Positions 26,700 through 39,787 of a stretch of DNA of 64,000 nt are shown here, piece by piece; position 1 is the stretch's first letter, and every line of letters starts with the position of its first letter. This stretch comes from Lama guanicoe (lineage: Eukaryota), in the NCBI GenBank assembly GCA_013239625.1, contig MU056000.1:8490970-8554969 (forward strand), given 5' to 3'. The position numbers were made by a program, and so were the translations under genes. The notes beneath the pieces were generated by a model that was not told the origin of the DNA, did no database searches, and saw only the letters and a program-made list of their open reading frames with translations.

Positions 26700-27610
26700 A
26701 TATGTCATATATATATATATATCCCACATTTTTCTTTATCCATTCATCCACTGATGGACACTTAGGCTGCTTCTATATCTTGGCAACTGTAAATAATGCT
26801 GCAATGAACATGGGAGTACAGATATCTTTTTGAATTAGTGTTTTTATTCTCTTCAAATAAATACCCAGAGATGAAATTGGTGAATTATATGATAGTTCTA
26901 TTTTTAATTTTTTGAAGAAACTCCATACTGTTTTCCATGGTGGGTGCACCAATTTACCATCCCACCAACAGTGCACAAGGGTTCCCTTTTCTGCATATCC
27001 ACACCAGCATTTATCTCTTGTCTTTTTGGTGGTGCCCATTCTAACAGGTGTGAGCTGATATCTCATTGAGGTTCTGATTTGCATTTCCTGATAATTAGTG
27101 ACGTTGAGCATCTTTTCATGTGCCTATTGGCCATCTTTATGTCTTCTCTGGAAAATATCTATTAAGATCTTCTGCCCATTCTATAATCAGATAGTTCTTT
27201 TTTTTTTTTTTTTGCAATTGAGTAGTATGAGTTCTTTATATATTTTAGATATTAACCCCTTATTGAATATACAATTTGCAAATATTTTCCCCCAGTCCAT
27301 AGGCTGCCTTTTTATTTTTGTTAGTGATTTCCTCTCCTTTGCAAAGCTTTTTAGCTTCATGTAGTCCCACCTGTTTATTTCTTGCTTTGTTGCCTTTGCT
27401 TTTGGAGTCAGATCCAAAAAATTCTCACCAACACCAATGTCAAGGAGCTTACTGCCAAAGTTTTCTTCTAGGAAGTTTATGGTTTCAGGTCTTGCATTCA
27501 AGTCTTTAATCAAATTAGTTAAGTTCTGTGCATGATGTAAGATGGTGGTCCAGTTTCATTCTTTTGCATGTGGCTGTCTAGCTTCCCGACATCATTTATT
27601 GAAGAGACCC
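26700..27610 (-). mobile_element. L1 ORF2 C-terminal fragment, decayed
   Basis: ORFs 26773-27111 (RYQLTPVRM…GTLVHCWW…CTPMFIAALFTVAK) and 27187-27513 are L1 ORF2 pieces. Confidence 0.95.
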
Positions 27611-28092
27611 AACAAGCACAGTATCTCTGAAAATTAGCAAAGAATTTTCAGGATTCCACACTGTCTATCTGGTTCACCAGGTATCTAATTTGTTCAAGTA
27701 TTTACTGCCCAAATTCTTATAACCTGAAAAATACTAATTAATGAAATCAATTTCAATGCAGAAATCCTGACTTTTTTCATGATATGAAAGATGATACTGA
27801 GTACACGGTATCGGGAGTAGGGCTTACACAAAGGGAGGAGGCAACTGTGAATATACTGAAGAGCTTGGATCCATGATGACCTCTTCAGTCCAGTTGGACA
27901 GGCTGACTCCTGTAAGCTGTACCAGGAACAAATGCAAACCTCCACACGAAGGATTAGAAGACCACAGGAACAAGAGCGGCATGGAAAAGCGAGGTAGAAA
28001 CATATATGAACAACATCTCCTTAGGGGTTGTAGCAGTAGTAAGTATAAGCTGGAATGACCTATAATAAGAGATTCCTGCAAACAGATGCCCT

Positions 28093-28266
28093 AGGCTCTT
28101 GCTACCTAAAGTGTGGTCTCTGGACCAGCATTGTCACTATTACCTGGGGGCTAATTAGAAATGCAGAATCTTGGGATCCGCTCCAGACATACATAATCAG
28201 ACTTCGCAGATTGGAAAGATCCCCAGGTGATTTTGTATGCACATCCAACTTTGGGAGGCACCACCC
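28093..28266. mobile_element. MER5-family hAT-Charlie MITE
   Basis: aaagtgtggtc…ggaccagca…ttagaaatgcagaatct…aagatccccaggtgatt. Confidence 0.85.
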
Positions 28267-28454
28267 CAGGCTCTTAACCAGGTCAGACAAGGTGCAACTC
28301 CAGTCTAGCCTCAAGAAAACACACCTGCAATATAAAAGCATCTGTAACCACATATCAATGAGCTATAAATCAGTTAGACCATGACAGAGGACAAGCTCAA
28401 ACCTCTATAACTACCAGGATTATTCAAAGGCACCGGGGATATTCAGTTCTGAAT

Positions 28455-28775
28455 GTGCTCTCCAATACACTGTATCCACTAGCTAATGACATGCAAATAT
28501 TTAGCACTTAAAATGAAGCTAGTCCAAATTAAGATGTTCTGTAAGCATAAAATACAACCTAACTACACAGACTTGGTGAGAAAAGAATGTGAAATATCTC
28601 TGTAATGATTTCTATATTGAATATGTTAAAACAATATGTTGGATGTGTTGGGTTAATGCAAATGTATCACTAAAATTAATTTCAGCTCTTTCTGTTTGCA
28701 TTTTCCAACATGGCTTCCTAGAGAATTTTAAGTTCCCTGTGTGGTTCCCATTTGGTTTCGGCTGGACAGTGCTGC
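28455..28775. mobile_element. MER3/MER33-type hAT-Charlie MITE
   Basis: gtgctctccaata … gcacttaaaatg…gctagtccaaatt … tggacagtgctg, with degenerate TIRs. Confidence 0.8.
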
Positions 28776-31104
28776 TTTACAGACAACCAGGAGCAGGCGT
28801 GGGAGTTCTTCTCAAACACGTGGAGCACCACTGTACGTAAGAAAGGTTAACCTGGCTCAGTCTGAACCAAGGATTAGAACCAGGACTTCATGTTGTGATA
28901 TGATCCGGAGCAGGTAAAGAGCCTTCCCTTATTTTCCAAAAATGCCCGGGAGGTAATGTCATCACTCCCAGAGACTGATTACTGAATCTGAGAGTCAGCA
29001 AAAGCTTGCATTTCTTGTCTTACAAAATAATCTGAAAAGACAGCAATGAAAAAGAAACAAGGAAACCTACCTACCCATCAACAAACACTGCCTCCTGAGC
29101 AATTGCTAATACACACTCTCTTTTCCTCCAGAGAAGACTTACAGAAACTCGTTTTATTTTCTCCTTAGAGAAGGACCACTGGAGAGAGAGGCAGGCTGGA
29201 GCATCATTAGAGGAACTGACATCCACGCTTACAGGCAGACATTTTCCTGAAGATGCCACAGACCCTCACTAAATGTCTTGGTGGATAAATTACACTTCAT
29301 CTATTAGAACAAATATTGTTGTGCTGAGACTGTCAAGCGTCCCAGCCAGCCTGCATCACTACTGCAGGAGGAGAAAATAAATAAAGGAATACAGCCTCCC
29401 TGTTTCCATAAACCTGATCAACAATACGTAATGAAGACTGACAACAGAGCTTAGCAAGAAGTATCCGCCTCACTGCTATGATGCTCAAGATAATGCCAAA
29501 AAAATAAAGAAAGAACTCTCTTAGCTTGAGCCCGAGACAAAGCTACACAATTCTGGCTCATATTTCAGATTTAAGTAATTCATCTTCTAGCTGCCTATTC
29601 AAAATGCTAAGTGACTATTTCTGGTCCCACGAGACTGACTCTGATCCTGTCTGGATCAATGAAATCTCAAGAAGTAAATGTTTTCAAGGGCCACATGTTT
29701 AGTTTTAACAGACCATGCTTTTAAAGAGAATATAAAGTATATTATTTGATCTGGTCCAGAGAAGCTGAGGATTAGTTGGATCTATTTTTGAATTATCAAT
29801 TATCAGTAGCCCAAAGTAGTTCAAACACTGCTGTCTGATTCGGATTTAGATTCAAGGGAATTTGGTATGAGTCCTAGTTCTTATCGTGGTGAAATTATGA
29901 GAGTTTCATTCGCTTGGCGCTTGATGACAGCGTTGGCGGCTGCCCTACCGTTTCTCCCAGCTCCACTCTCCACAGTCCATATTTCTGTGTAATGGAAGGA
30001 AAACAGGGCTTCCTTTGTAACCCCAGAAAACCCATATTTACCCAAATAAAGCTTATGTGATCTTTAAGAATGAATAACCTTACAGAAACAATTTAATACA
30101 TATTTCAAAGAAGGATGTATAATAGCTCCCCAAAGACTTTTTAAAATTTATAAAGCCAACTCTCTCGAATGCATTATGAACACTCCTAAGTAAGGGATAG
30201 ATAGACTAAAATACACACACACAAAGAGACACAAAAACATTCCTTGCCAGATTCTGAAGTCTAATGTTGCAACTCCTGAAGCAAATTAGGACATGTGTTC
30301 GCAGATTCCCGTTAAAATGAAAGCAATCTCCTAGCTATGATTATTCCACAGATTCTGCAAATGGAGAAAGCTGTTAGCAGCGTAAAGCAGCGTAGCCCAG
30401 AACGTCTATGTCACTCTGTTCTTAATTGCCGAGCTGCTGGATTCATGGAGCACCTGTTGTTTACTGTAACCTCCACTCTAATTTTAGAGATGCCATGTTT
30501 ATCCTGTCGCCAGCTTTTTGATGCACTGATGGTTCTTCAAAAATCTCAATACCTGAGTCCTTGTAATCACTATATTCAGCTGGAAGACCACTCTTTTACT
30601 ACTAAACCTCATGAATGGTGTAAGTCTTGTTAGTGTCTTTATCAAGCTTCGTGGGAAGTGACTAAGATGAATCTGCACGTCGCAGACTTGCTCTAAGTAA
30701 AGCGGGAAGGTGAAGGTCAGGGAGTTATCCTGTAACTGCCTGGGTGCCACTGTCCTCACATACAGGGGCTGAAGTGTGGCCAGAACAGGGTCACGTAATG
30801 GGACACAGCACAGGACCTGACTGTCCAGTGGCTTGATGACCAAGGACTAACCAGGGAGCCACAGCTAGTTCCAAAGTAGAAAGCAGCTTTTTTGTTGTTG
30901 TTGTTCTTAACTTTAAGGGCGTGGAATAGCCAGGGATACCATGAGCACGACTGATTCGTCGGTTTCACAAAATCAGGACCTTAACATGTTAATTTTTGCT
31001 TAATAATTCTGAACTACTTTTCCCTAGCACAGTGCCACCATTTAGTAAGAACATAAAAAACATGTGTTCAGTGAATAAATCAATCTCATCCACTATATAG
31101 TACC

Positions 31105-31803
31105 TGTTAGAGATTGAATTGTCTCCCCAGAAAATCACTTCTTTTTGTTTGTTTTTTCTGTGTGTTTTTTATTGAAGTACCATCAGTTACAATGTGTCAA
31201 TTTCTTGTGTACAGCACAACGTCTCAGTCATGCACATGCATACACATATTTCTCCTCATATGTTTTTTTCATTAAATGTTATTACAAGATATTGACCACA
31301 GTTCCCAGTGCTATACAGCAGAAACTTGTTTTTTTAATCTATTTTTATATATAGTGGCTAACATCTGTAAATCTCAAATGAAATCCACTTGTTGAGTCCT
31401 AACCCTTAGTGCCTCAAAATGTGACCTTATTTGAAAGTACAGTTGTTGCAGGATGTAATTAATCAAGATGAGATCACTCTGGAGTAGGGTGAGCCTCTAA
31501 TCCAATGTGACTGGTGTCCTTTGCAAAGGAGCACCATTTGAAGAGGTGGCAAACACACAGGGAGAACACCAAGTGAAGATGAAGACAGAGATTGGGGTGA
31601 CACAGTAGAAGCCAAGGAATGCCAAGGTTGCCAGGAACCACCGGTAAATAGGAGAGATGCAGGACAGATTCTCCCGTGAAGCCCTGAGCAGGATACCCTC
31701 GATCATGGACTTCTGCTTCCAAAAGTCCGGGATAATAAATTTCTATTATTTAAGCTACCTGGTATGCAGTAGTTTCTTACAACAGCGCTAGAAAACTAAT
31801 ATG
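31105..31803 (+). mobile_element. MLT1 (B/C-like) LTR interrupted by a minus-strand L1 3' fragment (~31142-31378)
   Basis: ttgaattgtctcccc…, aatgtgaccttatttg, taatccaatgtgactggtgtcctt, aagccaaggaatgcca. The insert is the same L1 subfamily as 8468-8950. Confidence 0.88.
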
Positions 31804-32165
31804 GTAAGTAAGACAAACTATGACTTGATATTTATAAACAAAAGTGGAAAGTTTAAATCTGAGTAAAATCAATAGTATATAAAAGCTAAGAAAAAAAGAT
31901 TTTCAAGGGGGTGTTTATCACTATGTTTAATGTTTAGACCCCTTAAAATTGCACCTCATCTACAAAAGCATAAACAGAAAAACTAAATGCAATCAGAGCA
32001 TCTTAAAAAAAAGCCCTTTGAAAAAAGAGATTTTGATTTTATACACTGATTCACCCTTAGTACCTAAAATACAGTGTAGCACAGTATGGCCATAAACCAC
32101 CATGATTTGTTGAAAGAATGAATGAATGGCCAACAGAGAGATGTGTAATTCAAAATGCAGGAGCA

Positions 32166-32336
32166 TGGGGGAGGGTATAGCTCAGTGGTAGAGCGTGTGC
32201 CTATCATGCACAAGGTCCTGGTTTCAATACCCAGTACGTACCTCCATTAAAAGGTAAATAAATAAATAACCTAATTACTATTCCCCACCAAAAAAAATTT
32301 TTTTAAAAAGCCAATGCTTAAATAAGGCTAACTTAA
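32166..32336 (+). mobile_element. Camelid tRNA-derived SINE (Vic-1 type)
   Basis: ggggagggtatagctcagtggtagagcg. TSD caaaatgca(g/a)gagca at 32151-32165 and 32337-32351. Confidence 0.9.
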
Positions 32337-32854
32337 CAAAATGCAAGAGCAAACTGGTGAACATGCTTAATCAAACATTAAAAACTAAAAATTCAAACCA
32401 GGAATAGGCTATATAAAAAGTGTTTGTCATTTCTACCAGAAGAATTTTGCTGTGTTTTAAAATCAAGTATATGTCAGTCATTGAGAAAGAAATCCTAGTG
32501 GAAAAATTAGAAATATGCCATATGTCGTCAGCCTGAAGAAAACACAAGTACAGTGACATTTTCCACATTTCAAAGAACTATTTATCAAATGTTTGCCTCT
32601 TGCTGTGCAGATGGCAAAGTCGCTGTGCTTTGAAAGGGTGATTAGAAATAAACAATCTGGAAATAGATTCTGCAAATTTTAATGAATAGTGTATATGTAT
32701 GTGGCAATGTATACACAGACACGCCCCTTAATGAATTACTTGCGGGTTACACTGTCAAATAGTAGATTAAAAAAATCTTTCCACCACAGTAGTGATTATG
32801 CAAAAAGCTGGCCATTGTTTAGAATTCTGTTAAAAACGAAAAAGTGAATCAATG

Positions 32855-33068
32855 CTAACAGATACACATTACTATATACAAAACAGATAAACAACAAGGA
32901 CCTACTGTATAGCACAGGGAACTATATTCAATTTCTTGTAATAACATATAATGGAAAAGAATCTAAAAACCAAAGTACATATTTGTCTGACTGAATCACT
33001 TTGCTATGCACCTGAAACTAACACTGAAAATCATCTACACTTCAATAAAAAATATTTTTTAAAAAAAA
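32855..33068 (+). mobile_element. L1 3' UTR fragment (cetartiodactyl type)
   Basis: aacaacaaggacctactgtatagcacagggaactatattcaa … acttcaataaaa. Confidence 0.92.
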
Positions 33069-33125
33069 TGAGTTAAGGCCAACAACAATAAAAAAAAAAA
33101 ACTGCTGTAATTATTTCTGACTTAC

Positions 33126-33139
33126 TCCAGGCCACCCTG
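33126..33139 (-). other. Candidate 14-nt (or 11-nt, NAGNAG) microexon
   Basis: Minus strand reads tgactcac tttttttttgccatgtttttgtttttgtttacttttcattcag|CAGGGTGGCCTGGA|gtaagt. Confidence 0.4.
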
Positions 33140-34379
33140 CTGAATGAAAAGTAAACAAAAACAAAAACATGGCAAAAAAAAAGTGAGTCAGTGCTTATGT
33201 TTACTGTATTTTAAGATATCAATGAGAATCAAGATTATTATAGTGATGAAAACTTTTCCTTGGCTTCTACACAGAACTTCCACAGATTTCACCCTGTGCA
33301 AGGCAAAATTTTGCCTTCTGTTCCTTCTACTTGAACAGTAAACTATTTACCAAATTGCTTCCTTATGTTCAAACACTGTTAGGTTCTGCAGGAGAGAAAA
33401 AAACCTAACCTGGTCTGAAATGGTATGTCTTTCAAGAAAAAAAAAAAAAAGAGCATCCAGTTTCCTAGTACATTTTTGAAAAGTCACCTAAGAACAGACA
33501 TACCAATCAATATGCAACGAGGTTCTTAAATTGACAGTAATTACACATGGACATTTTAAAGTGATAAAATAAATATAAATTATAAAATAAATAAAATTCA
33601 AATTAACAGCATCAGTATAGACTGTGTGATGATCTTGTTTAGAAAAAAAAAGAACTTGGAAGTAACTGGTGGGGTGTGACTCTGAGTTTTATGTGTCACA
33701 GGATGACTCCATCTCCCTCCCACTTTGTTTACCGATGGCCAAACTGACCTCCTACAAACAGGACAGCCTTCACCCGACATAAACTCTCTGTGGACTTGCT
33801 AAGCTCATCCTCGTTCCTTCCTAGAATGAATGCAACTGCAGCAGTGATTACAAACCCTGATACGGACAGAGGGCGTGAATTCCTGCTTGGCCCCCTTCTA
33901 CCTGGGTCCCCCCCCTTATTCCACCAGCATGACTTCTGCTGGTGACACGGGTCAGCACCATGCCAGTAAATCCACTGTGCACACGTTAACCCGCTCCATG
34001 TCCCACCGGCAGCAATAGATGCCCCTAAAATGCTCCTTTTGAAACCCTCAGCTTCAAGAGCACGCCCCACCCCATCCTACTGGTTTCCCTCCCCTTCCTC
34101 TCTGGTCTTCTTGTCTTATTCTTTGTGAGCTTATCCTTCCCCACCTGATCCTTGAGCACTGAACCACCTCAGTCCTATTGCCTGCGTGCTCCATGCTCTC
34201 TGCTCAGCCATCTCTTCTACACCCAAAGCTGCTACTGCGAACAGCTTCCACATCTGTGTCTCTACTGTAAAGGTTCCGGGCGCTGTGAGGGACCTCTGGT
34301 ACATGCAGTGGGCGTGTCGTGTGACTGAATCCTGAACCAAGTCTGCTTGGTCAGAATATTTCAGCCTCATGGCCAGGAT

Positions 34380-34727
34380 TGCTCCCAGGAGACCTGAGCT
34401 GAACCAAGCAGCTCGATTCTTACAGAGTCTTCAGCAACCACTAGGAAGAAGCGCACACTCTCCTTAGAGTGCTCAACTCCCAGAGAGTGAAGTTGGGATC
34501 CCCCACTGGCATATTGACACTACGTGTAAAGAGCCTGCTGGAGACAATAAAGGAGAGAGCAGAATTAAGTGGTGGACAGAGAGAGACGTGTCATGAGCAG
34601 CAGAGTGCCTGGATGAGTCAAAACCGTAGCATTTTTACTTGTAAGAGTCAATAAACCCCATCAACTCCCCCATTAAGCCAATTTAAGTCGGCTTGCTGTG
34701 ATTTGCAAAGGGAGTCCCAACTAATCA
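34380..34727 (+). mobile_element. Old MLT1 (J/K-like) LTR fragment
   Basis: gagtcaataaacccc…ttaagccaatttaagtcggc…ttgcaa…ccaactaat 3' end. Confidence 0.55.
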
Positions 34728-37700
34728 GAAACCTGCTCCCAGTCGTCAGGGATGCCTAGAAACAGACCTGGGTGATCTGTGGGGACAGTGTATGCATTGA
34801 GGATGCTTTGTGTTTGACCAGAAAGGAAGGTACTCATTCACTCTTTGTAGCAAGACAGCTATCAAACTCCTGTCTGCGTGCTTCAGACCTCGGGCTGGCG
34901 GTTCAGATGACTCGGTCAGGTAGGGCAGTGGGGCGGGGGGTTGCCAGATGCTTCTTGTAGCCTTTAGTAAAGTCCTTCAAGGAAGAGGCAATAATATGTC
35001 CAGACTGGTGCATCAGGAAATAGAGAAGAAAATAAACTATGACCCCAGGACCACTTTCCATCCATGGCCAGCAACCCAGGATGGCCGAGGCAGAAAACCA
35101 AGACCCTGCGGGGTTGGAACAGCCAAACTAGACTGTCACATCTCTCTCTCTCTCCAGAAGTCTGGTGATAAGATATAAGCTAAAAAATACACCGAGCTGC
35201 TCAGGGGGAGGATACAGGTACAAAGATTAGCGAAGAATTTTCACTCATATTCTACATTCAAAAATAAGAGATCATTAACATGGAGGAGGTTTCACTTCAC
35301 TTTGCCGAAAACTCCAAGGAAATGAGAAACATAAAGTGGAAAATGTAGGCTTCAATTTTATGTCAAATTAAAAATGATGAACATATTTTGTTTTGTAAAG
35401 ACAAACATATTTCCTAGATATGAAATTCTAAGGTAGTAGATTGGCAGTAAGACAGCTACTGACAATCAGCTTCTCATTCATGCAGAAAGCACAGTTTCAC
35501 CTGCATTATTTCTACCAAATATCCAACTCTACGTCCTTTATGAATACTGGTGTTATCCTGCTGTACATTTTAAGTAATTAAATTGACAGAAGAAACGGGG
35601 CTGGGGAATGAGAAAGGAGGCCAACATTATTAATGTAAAAACATAATTTTTTTCTAAAAATAATGGTAGTTCTTTTGTTCAAATCTGTTCTGCTACTGAG
35701 CACTGATAAAGAACAGCACATGGGTACAAATCTAAGATTACAGTATTTCACTCACATACATTTGCCTCGTATTTCAGAAGAATGAAAGTTTCTCTTTGAA
35801 AGGTATAATCCTTTGTACTATCTGAGATAGATTTCCTTAAATACAGTTGAAAGATACTGCTTATTTATAAAGTAAATAAATACCTCAAGCTTCCTTGTTT
35901 ACGTGAAGTAAACAGTCTGAAGACAGATGGGGAAGAGGGTCCAGCCTGACCTGGCTGGCACTCTCAGCTTGGACTTCCAGCCTCCAAAACTGAAAGAAAT
36001 CAATTTGTTTACCCAGTCGGTGGTGATCTGTCAGAGCAGACCAAGTGGTCTAAGACAGCGACATCAATTCTCACCTAAATTTTCAAGCTGCCAACTTGCT
36101 CACATGAGCCAATGCCTTACATGAAATCTCTCCAGAGAGACAGATAGACATGTATCTCTAGAGATAGACAGACAGACAGACAGAGCTCTCTAGAGATGTG
36201 TAAATATGTATGTTTCTATAGATAGATGTGTATAAACAGAATCCTCACTGACATAGTTCCCAATGAAAATGAAATCTTCAAGGATAAACTGTAACAGATT
36301 ATCTGTACACATGGCTCATCATGGAGTTGATTCCTTTTATTAGAATGACACTTAAATGTCATCAAAAAGATCTTGGCCTAAACTCTACCTTTCTGGAGAA
36401 GAAGAGTCTTTACTCTGCATATTTGAAAGATCTGGCCCTCTGTTTTCTCAGCTCTAGTTCTTCCTCAAGGGAATTTCCTGAGTCTGCTCTGGAGCCTGAT
36501 GGTAGCTGGTCCCAACCGTCCACAGTCAACAGGAGCAGCTGGCTCTCTGCTGCCTTGTTCATCAACACAGAGCCTGTTGGGTGATCCTACTGTTAAAGTC
36601 ATTCAACAGAGTCTAACCAGGACATCCTCACATGACTGAATTCCTCCTGCAGTTCTGAATCAACCTGCCAGAGCGTGTATATTTCTGGGAGTTTGCTTGG
36701 CCTCTCTGTTGCTGCCAGCTCTCCATTTTGGCAATGAACAATTCCATTTGTGATCTTGGTAAACACAATATGTTTCAGACGGTGCTGATGGTAAAAGTAA
36801 TCTCAAAAAAAAAAAAAAAGAAAAAGTCGAAGTCTCAATATCCAAAAACCTAGCCAGAACAAGCTATTTACACTTTTAGTCAGTGGTAGATGCATTGGTT
36901 AGGTCGGAGGGCAGTTGAATGCAGGGTTTGCTTTCCAGAAAAGGTTAAGTAAAAGCTTCTGAGTATGATTTTCTAGTCAGTCATGGTACATTTTCTCCTT
37001 CTACCTCAAGTCAGCCACAAACTTTTCCCTCTCCATCTCCATCTTTTCCCCCTCCCCACATTGAGAATTAGCTTACAGATCTTTGCCTTGCTCCCTCCCT
37101 CACTGTGTCCAGTGTTATTCATTGCCTGTTCTTCCTTTCCTCTGCCTTTTTCCTTCATTAGCTTTCAGTTATTCACTTCACATTTTTCAGTGCCCACCGT
37201 GGGCAACGGTCCTGTGCCCAGCCCCAAGAACGTTGCCCAGCAACTGACCTCAAAATGCTCCCTGCAAAGCCATTCGTTATAATCAAAGGTGGTATTTAAA
37301 AGCCTAAAAGCAGTTAAAGAGAAAAGGACATTTCTTCAAATTAGAAAAAAAATAATATTGGTGTCCCTGTTCAATAGTGACAGATAAAAGTTGATCCGTA
37401 CAACTCTAAACAATTATTTTCTTCCCTCGACAGTAGCGATGGTCTAATGGCTAAACAGATAATAACAAGAATCGATAGAAAACTGAGGGAGATACTGTTA
37501 GGAAACCCGCTTGAGTAAACGCGGGGCACCTCCGTGTGTAGCGCATCACACCAAGGAAACCGCTGATGGCCCCCTTTTCTGAACAGAGACCATGGCAATT
37601 TCACGAGTCAGAGAAACTAACATTAGATGCTCCACGCACCACCAAGGTGACCCAGATAGTTCCAAGTTAAACATACATATCTAGTGAGAAGATACGACAC

Positions 37701-38189
37701 TTAAATTTTTAAACCTCAAAACTTTTATTTAAATGGGGTTTGCCAACAGTCTTTCCTAGATCTTGGAATTCCACTGACCCTTTGGAAATGGCTTATGGTA
37801 TACATCGGAAGCTGAAGCAGGTGACAAAAGTAATGGAAGGCTACAAACCTGTATCTGAATTACCTGTTCACAGAAGCCCCAACTGCTATTCATCAGGAAG
37901 AAACAGGGGGCTGGAGATGAACAAGAGGAAACTGATTTGATAATGTGTCTGCCCTTGTGCACTTTCACAGCTGAAAATCCCACCCTGCTCCCGTGGTCTT
38001 TCTGAGAGTCACTCTTTCTGTTACTTTCTTCTTTTCTTTCTCTGTTTCTTGTCTGTTTCTCTATATCTATCTTTCAATGTCTTTTGTGTTCTTTTTGAAT
38101 CTCCCCCAGATAATCAAATCACACTCCAATCTGGGAACCCGATTCAAGGCATCTCCAAATTGGAAACAGAGAAAACAAGCTCTGAGGAG

Positions 38190-38650
38190 CATCCACCTGC
38201 GCCCGCACCTCCGCTCCGTCTCCCGTTCTATGGGAAACACCGCATTCAGCTTTGCTCCCATCATTCCACCAAAACCACTTTGGCCAGGGGCCCCGGTGAC
38301 CATCCCTTTGCTAAGCTCACAGTCAGTGCTCAGGCCTGCTTTCTTTCATCTGCCAACAGTGTCTTCAGGTTTCATCACAACTAAGGTCTTGACTGATCTT
38401 GTTCAGGGACATCAGACTCCACTGGCTTTCCTCCCACCTCACTGGCCACTCCCTGTCACCCTTCTGCTGTTCCCTCCTCTCCCCGACCTTCCAATAGCAC
38501 CTGCCCCCAGGCTCGCCGGTCCTACGTCCTCTTCTCCATTTACACCCACTTCCTGGGGGAATCTCATCCAGTCTAGTGGCTTGAAATATCATGTACATGC
38601 TGGTTATCACCATCTCCAGCCTGGATCCCTTGAAGAATGTCTTCAACTTC
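38190..38650 (+). mobile_element. L2 internal fragment
   Basis: Pyrimidine-rich L2 motifs such as atctcatccagtctagtggcttgaaatatcatgtacatgctg and catctccagcctgga. Confidence 0.7.
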
Positions 38651-39599
38651 CCAGAGACTCAGTTCCTTCTTTGTCAAATCAGGATAACGTTTCACAGTTT
38701 TGTTTTGTTTTGTTTTGTTTAATGTTTAAGACCAAATACAATGATGCATGTAAAACACAATAAATTCAAAAGTGCAAGATCACACGATAAGAAGACCCAC
38801 TATTCCCTCTGCACTGGGCCGTTTGCCGTGTGCTGTCATTTTTCATAAACCAAGTGATAAAAATGCACTGTAATTGTAATGTGCAGCTGCACTCACAAAC
38901 CAAATAAATCTGATTAAGACACAGTTCCTTAAAGAGTGATGATTACTTGGGTTTCCCCATTCGAGCATAAAAATCCTATGATGCCCAGAAGGCAGCCTTA
39001 AATGAGGGATTAACTGGAGATGCCAAAAGGATCTGAGGAGAAGGCATCAAGCCCCAGGCTGAGACAAGGACAACGGCATCGTGTTTTACCTGGAAAGAGG
39101 CCAGAGGAGAGGGCTGAGATGCCCGGGCTCAGGAGCGAGACATCCTGGGTTCAACCCCCAGTTCACCTACCTTCACTGTGTACACGGGCTTGGACCAATT
39201 GCCTGACCTGCCCTCATCTGAAAAATGGAGACAATCCCTTGTTTTATCGTGAGGATTAAATGAGCCACCACCCATGGAGCTCTGAGAAGACCTGTGCTCG
39301 ACCAAGGAATTCTCCTGGGCAACCACGCATGGGGAAACAAACAGAACAAAGTTCAATGTATGCATCCAACGAGGGAAAGCATTTTCCTGCCAATTAAGTA
39401 AAGGCCAGAGGAGAGGAGGTGGGGGAGCAGCTTCTTATCAGGAGGAGAAACAAAGAAAATCTAAAGCAGGGGGTATGTTGAAATATGCATGCGATATACA
39501 TGACTGGACACTCTGCTGTTAAGATTATCCACAGAGTGAGCATTCTCTGACTCAGTAACTTCAGGACAGAGTGACAGCGGTTCCTGGTCACCCCGACCC

Positions 39600-39787
39600 T
39601 GAGGTCCTCTCAGGGAGGTTCTGGGACAGCAGCATTTACATCAGCTGGCAGCCTGGAGGACGTGCACATTCTTGGGCCTCAGCCCAGATCTAATGAATCA
39701 GAAACTGTGGGTCTGGGACTCAGCAATCTGAGTTATAACGAGCCCCCAGATGACAGGGACATGCGCCAAAGTCTGACAGCCACTGCC
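39600..39787. mobile_element. MER5A-like MITE
   Basis: cagcagcat…catcagctgg…aatgaatcagaaact…cagcaatctg…cagccactg. Confidence 0.75.

Noticed and set aside
36125..36260. Self-complementary ctctagag/ataga repeats
   Set aside because: Low-complexity tract typical of an MLT2-like LTR remnant.
37993..38763. Longest ORF in the window (256 aa)
   Set aside because: GTG start, low-complexity pyrimidine-rich beginning, and it runs through an L2 remnant. No recognisable domain or splice context.
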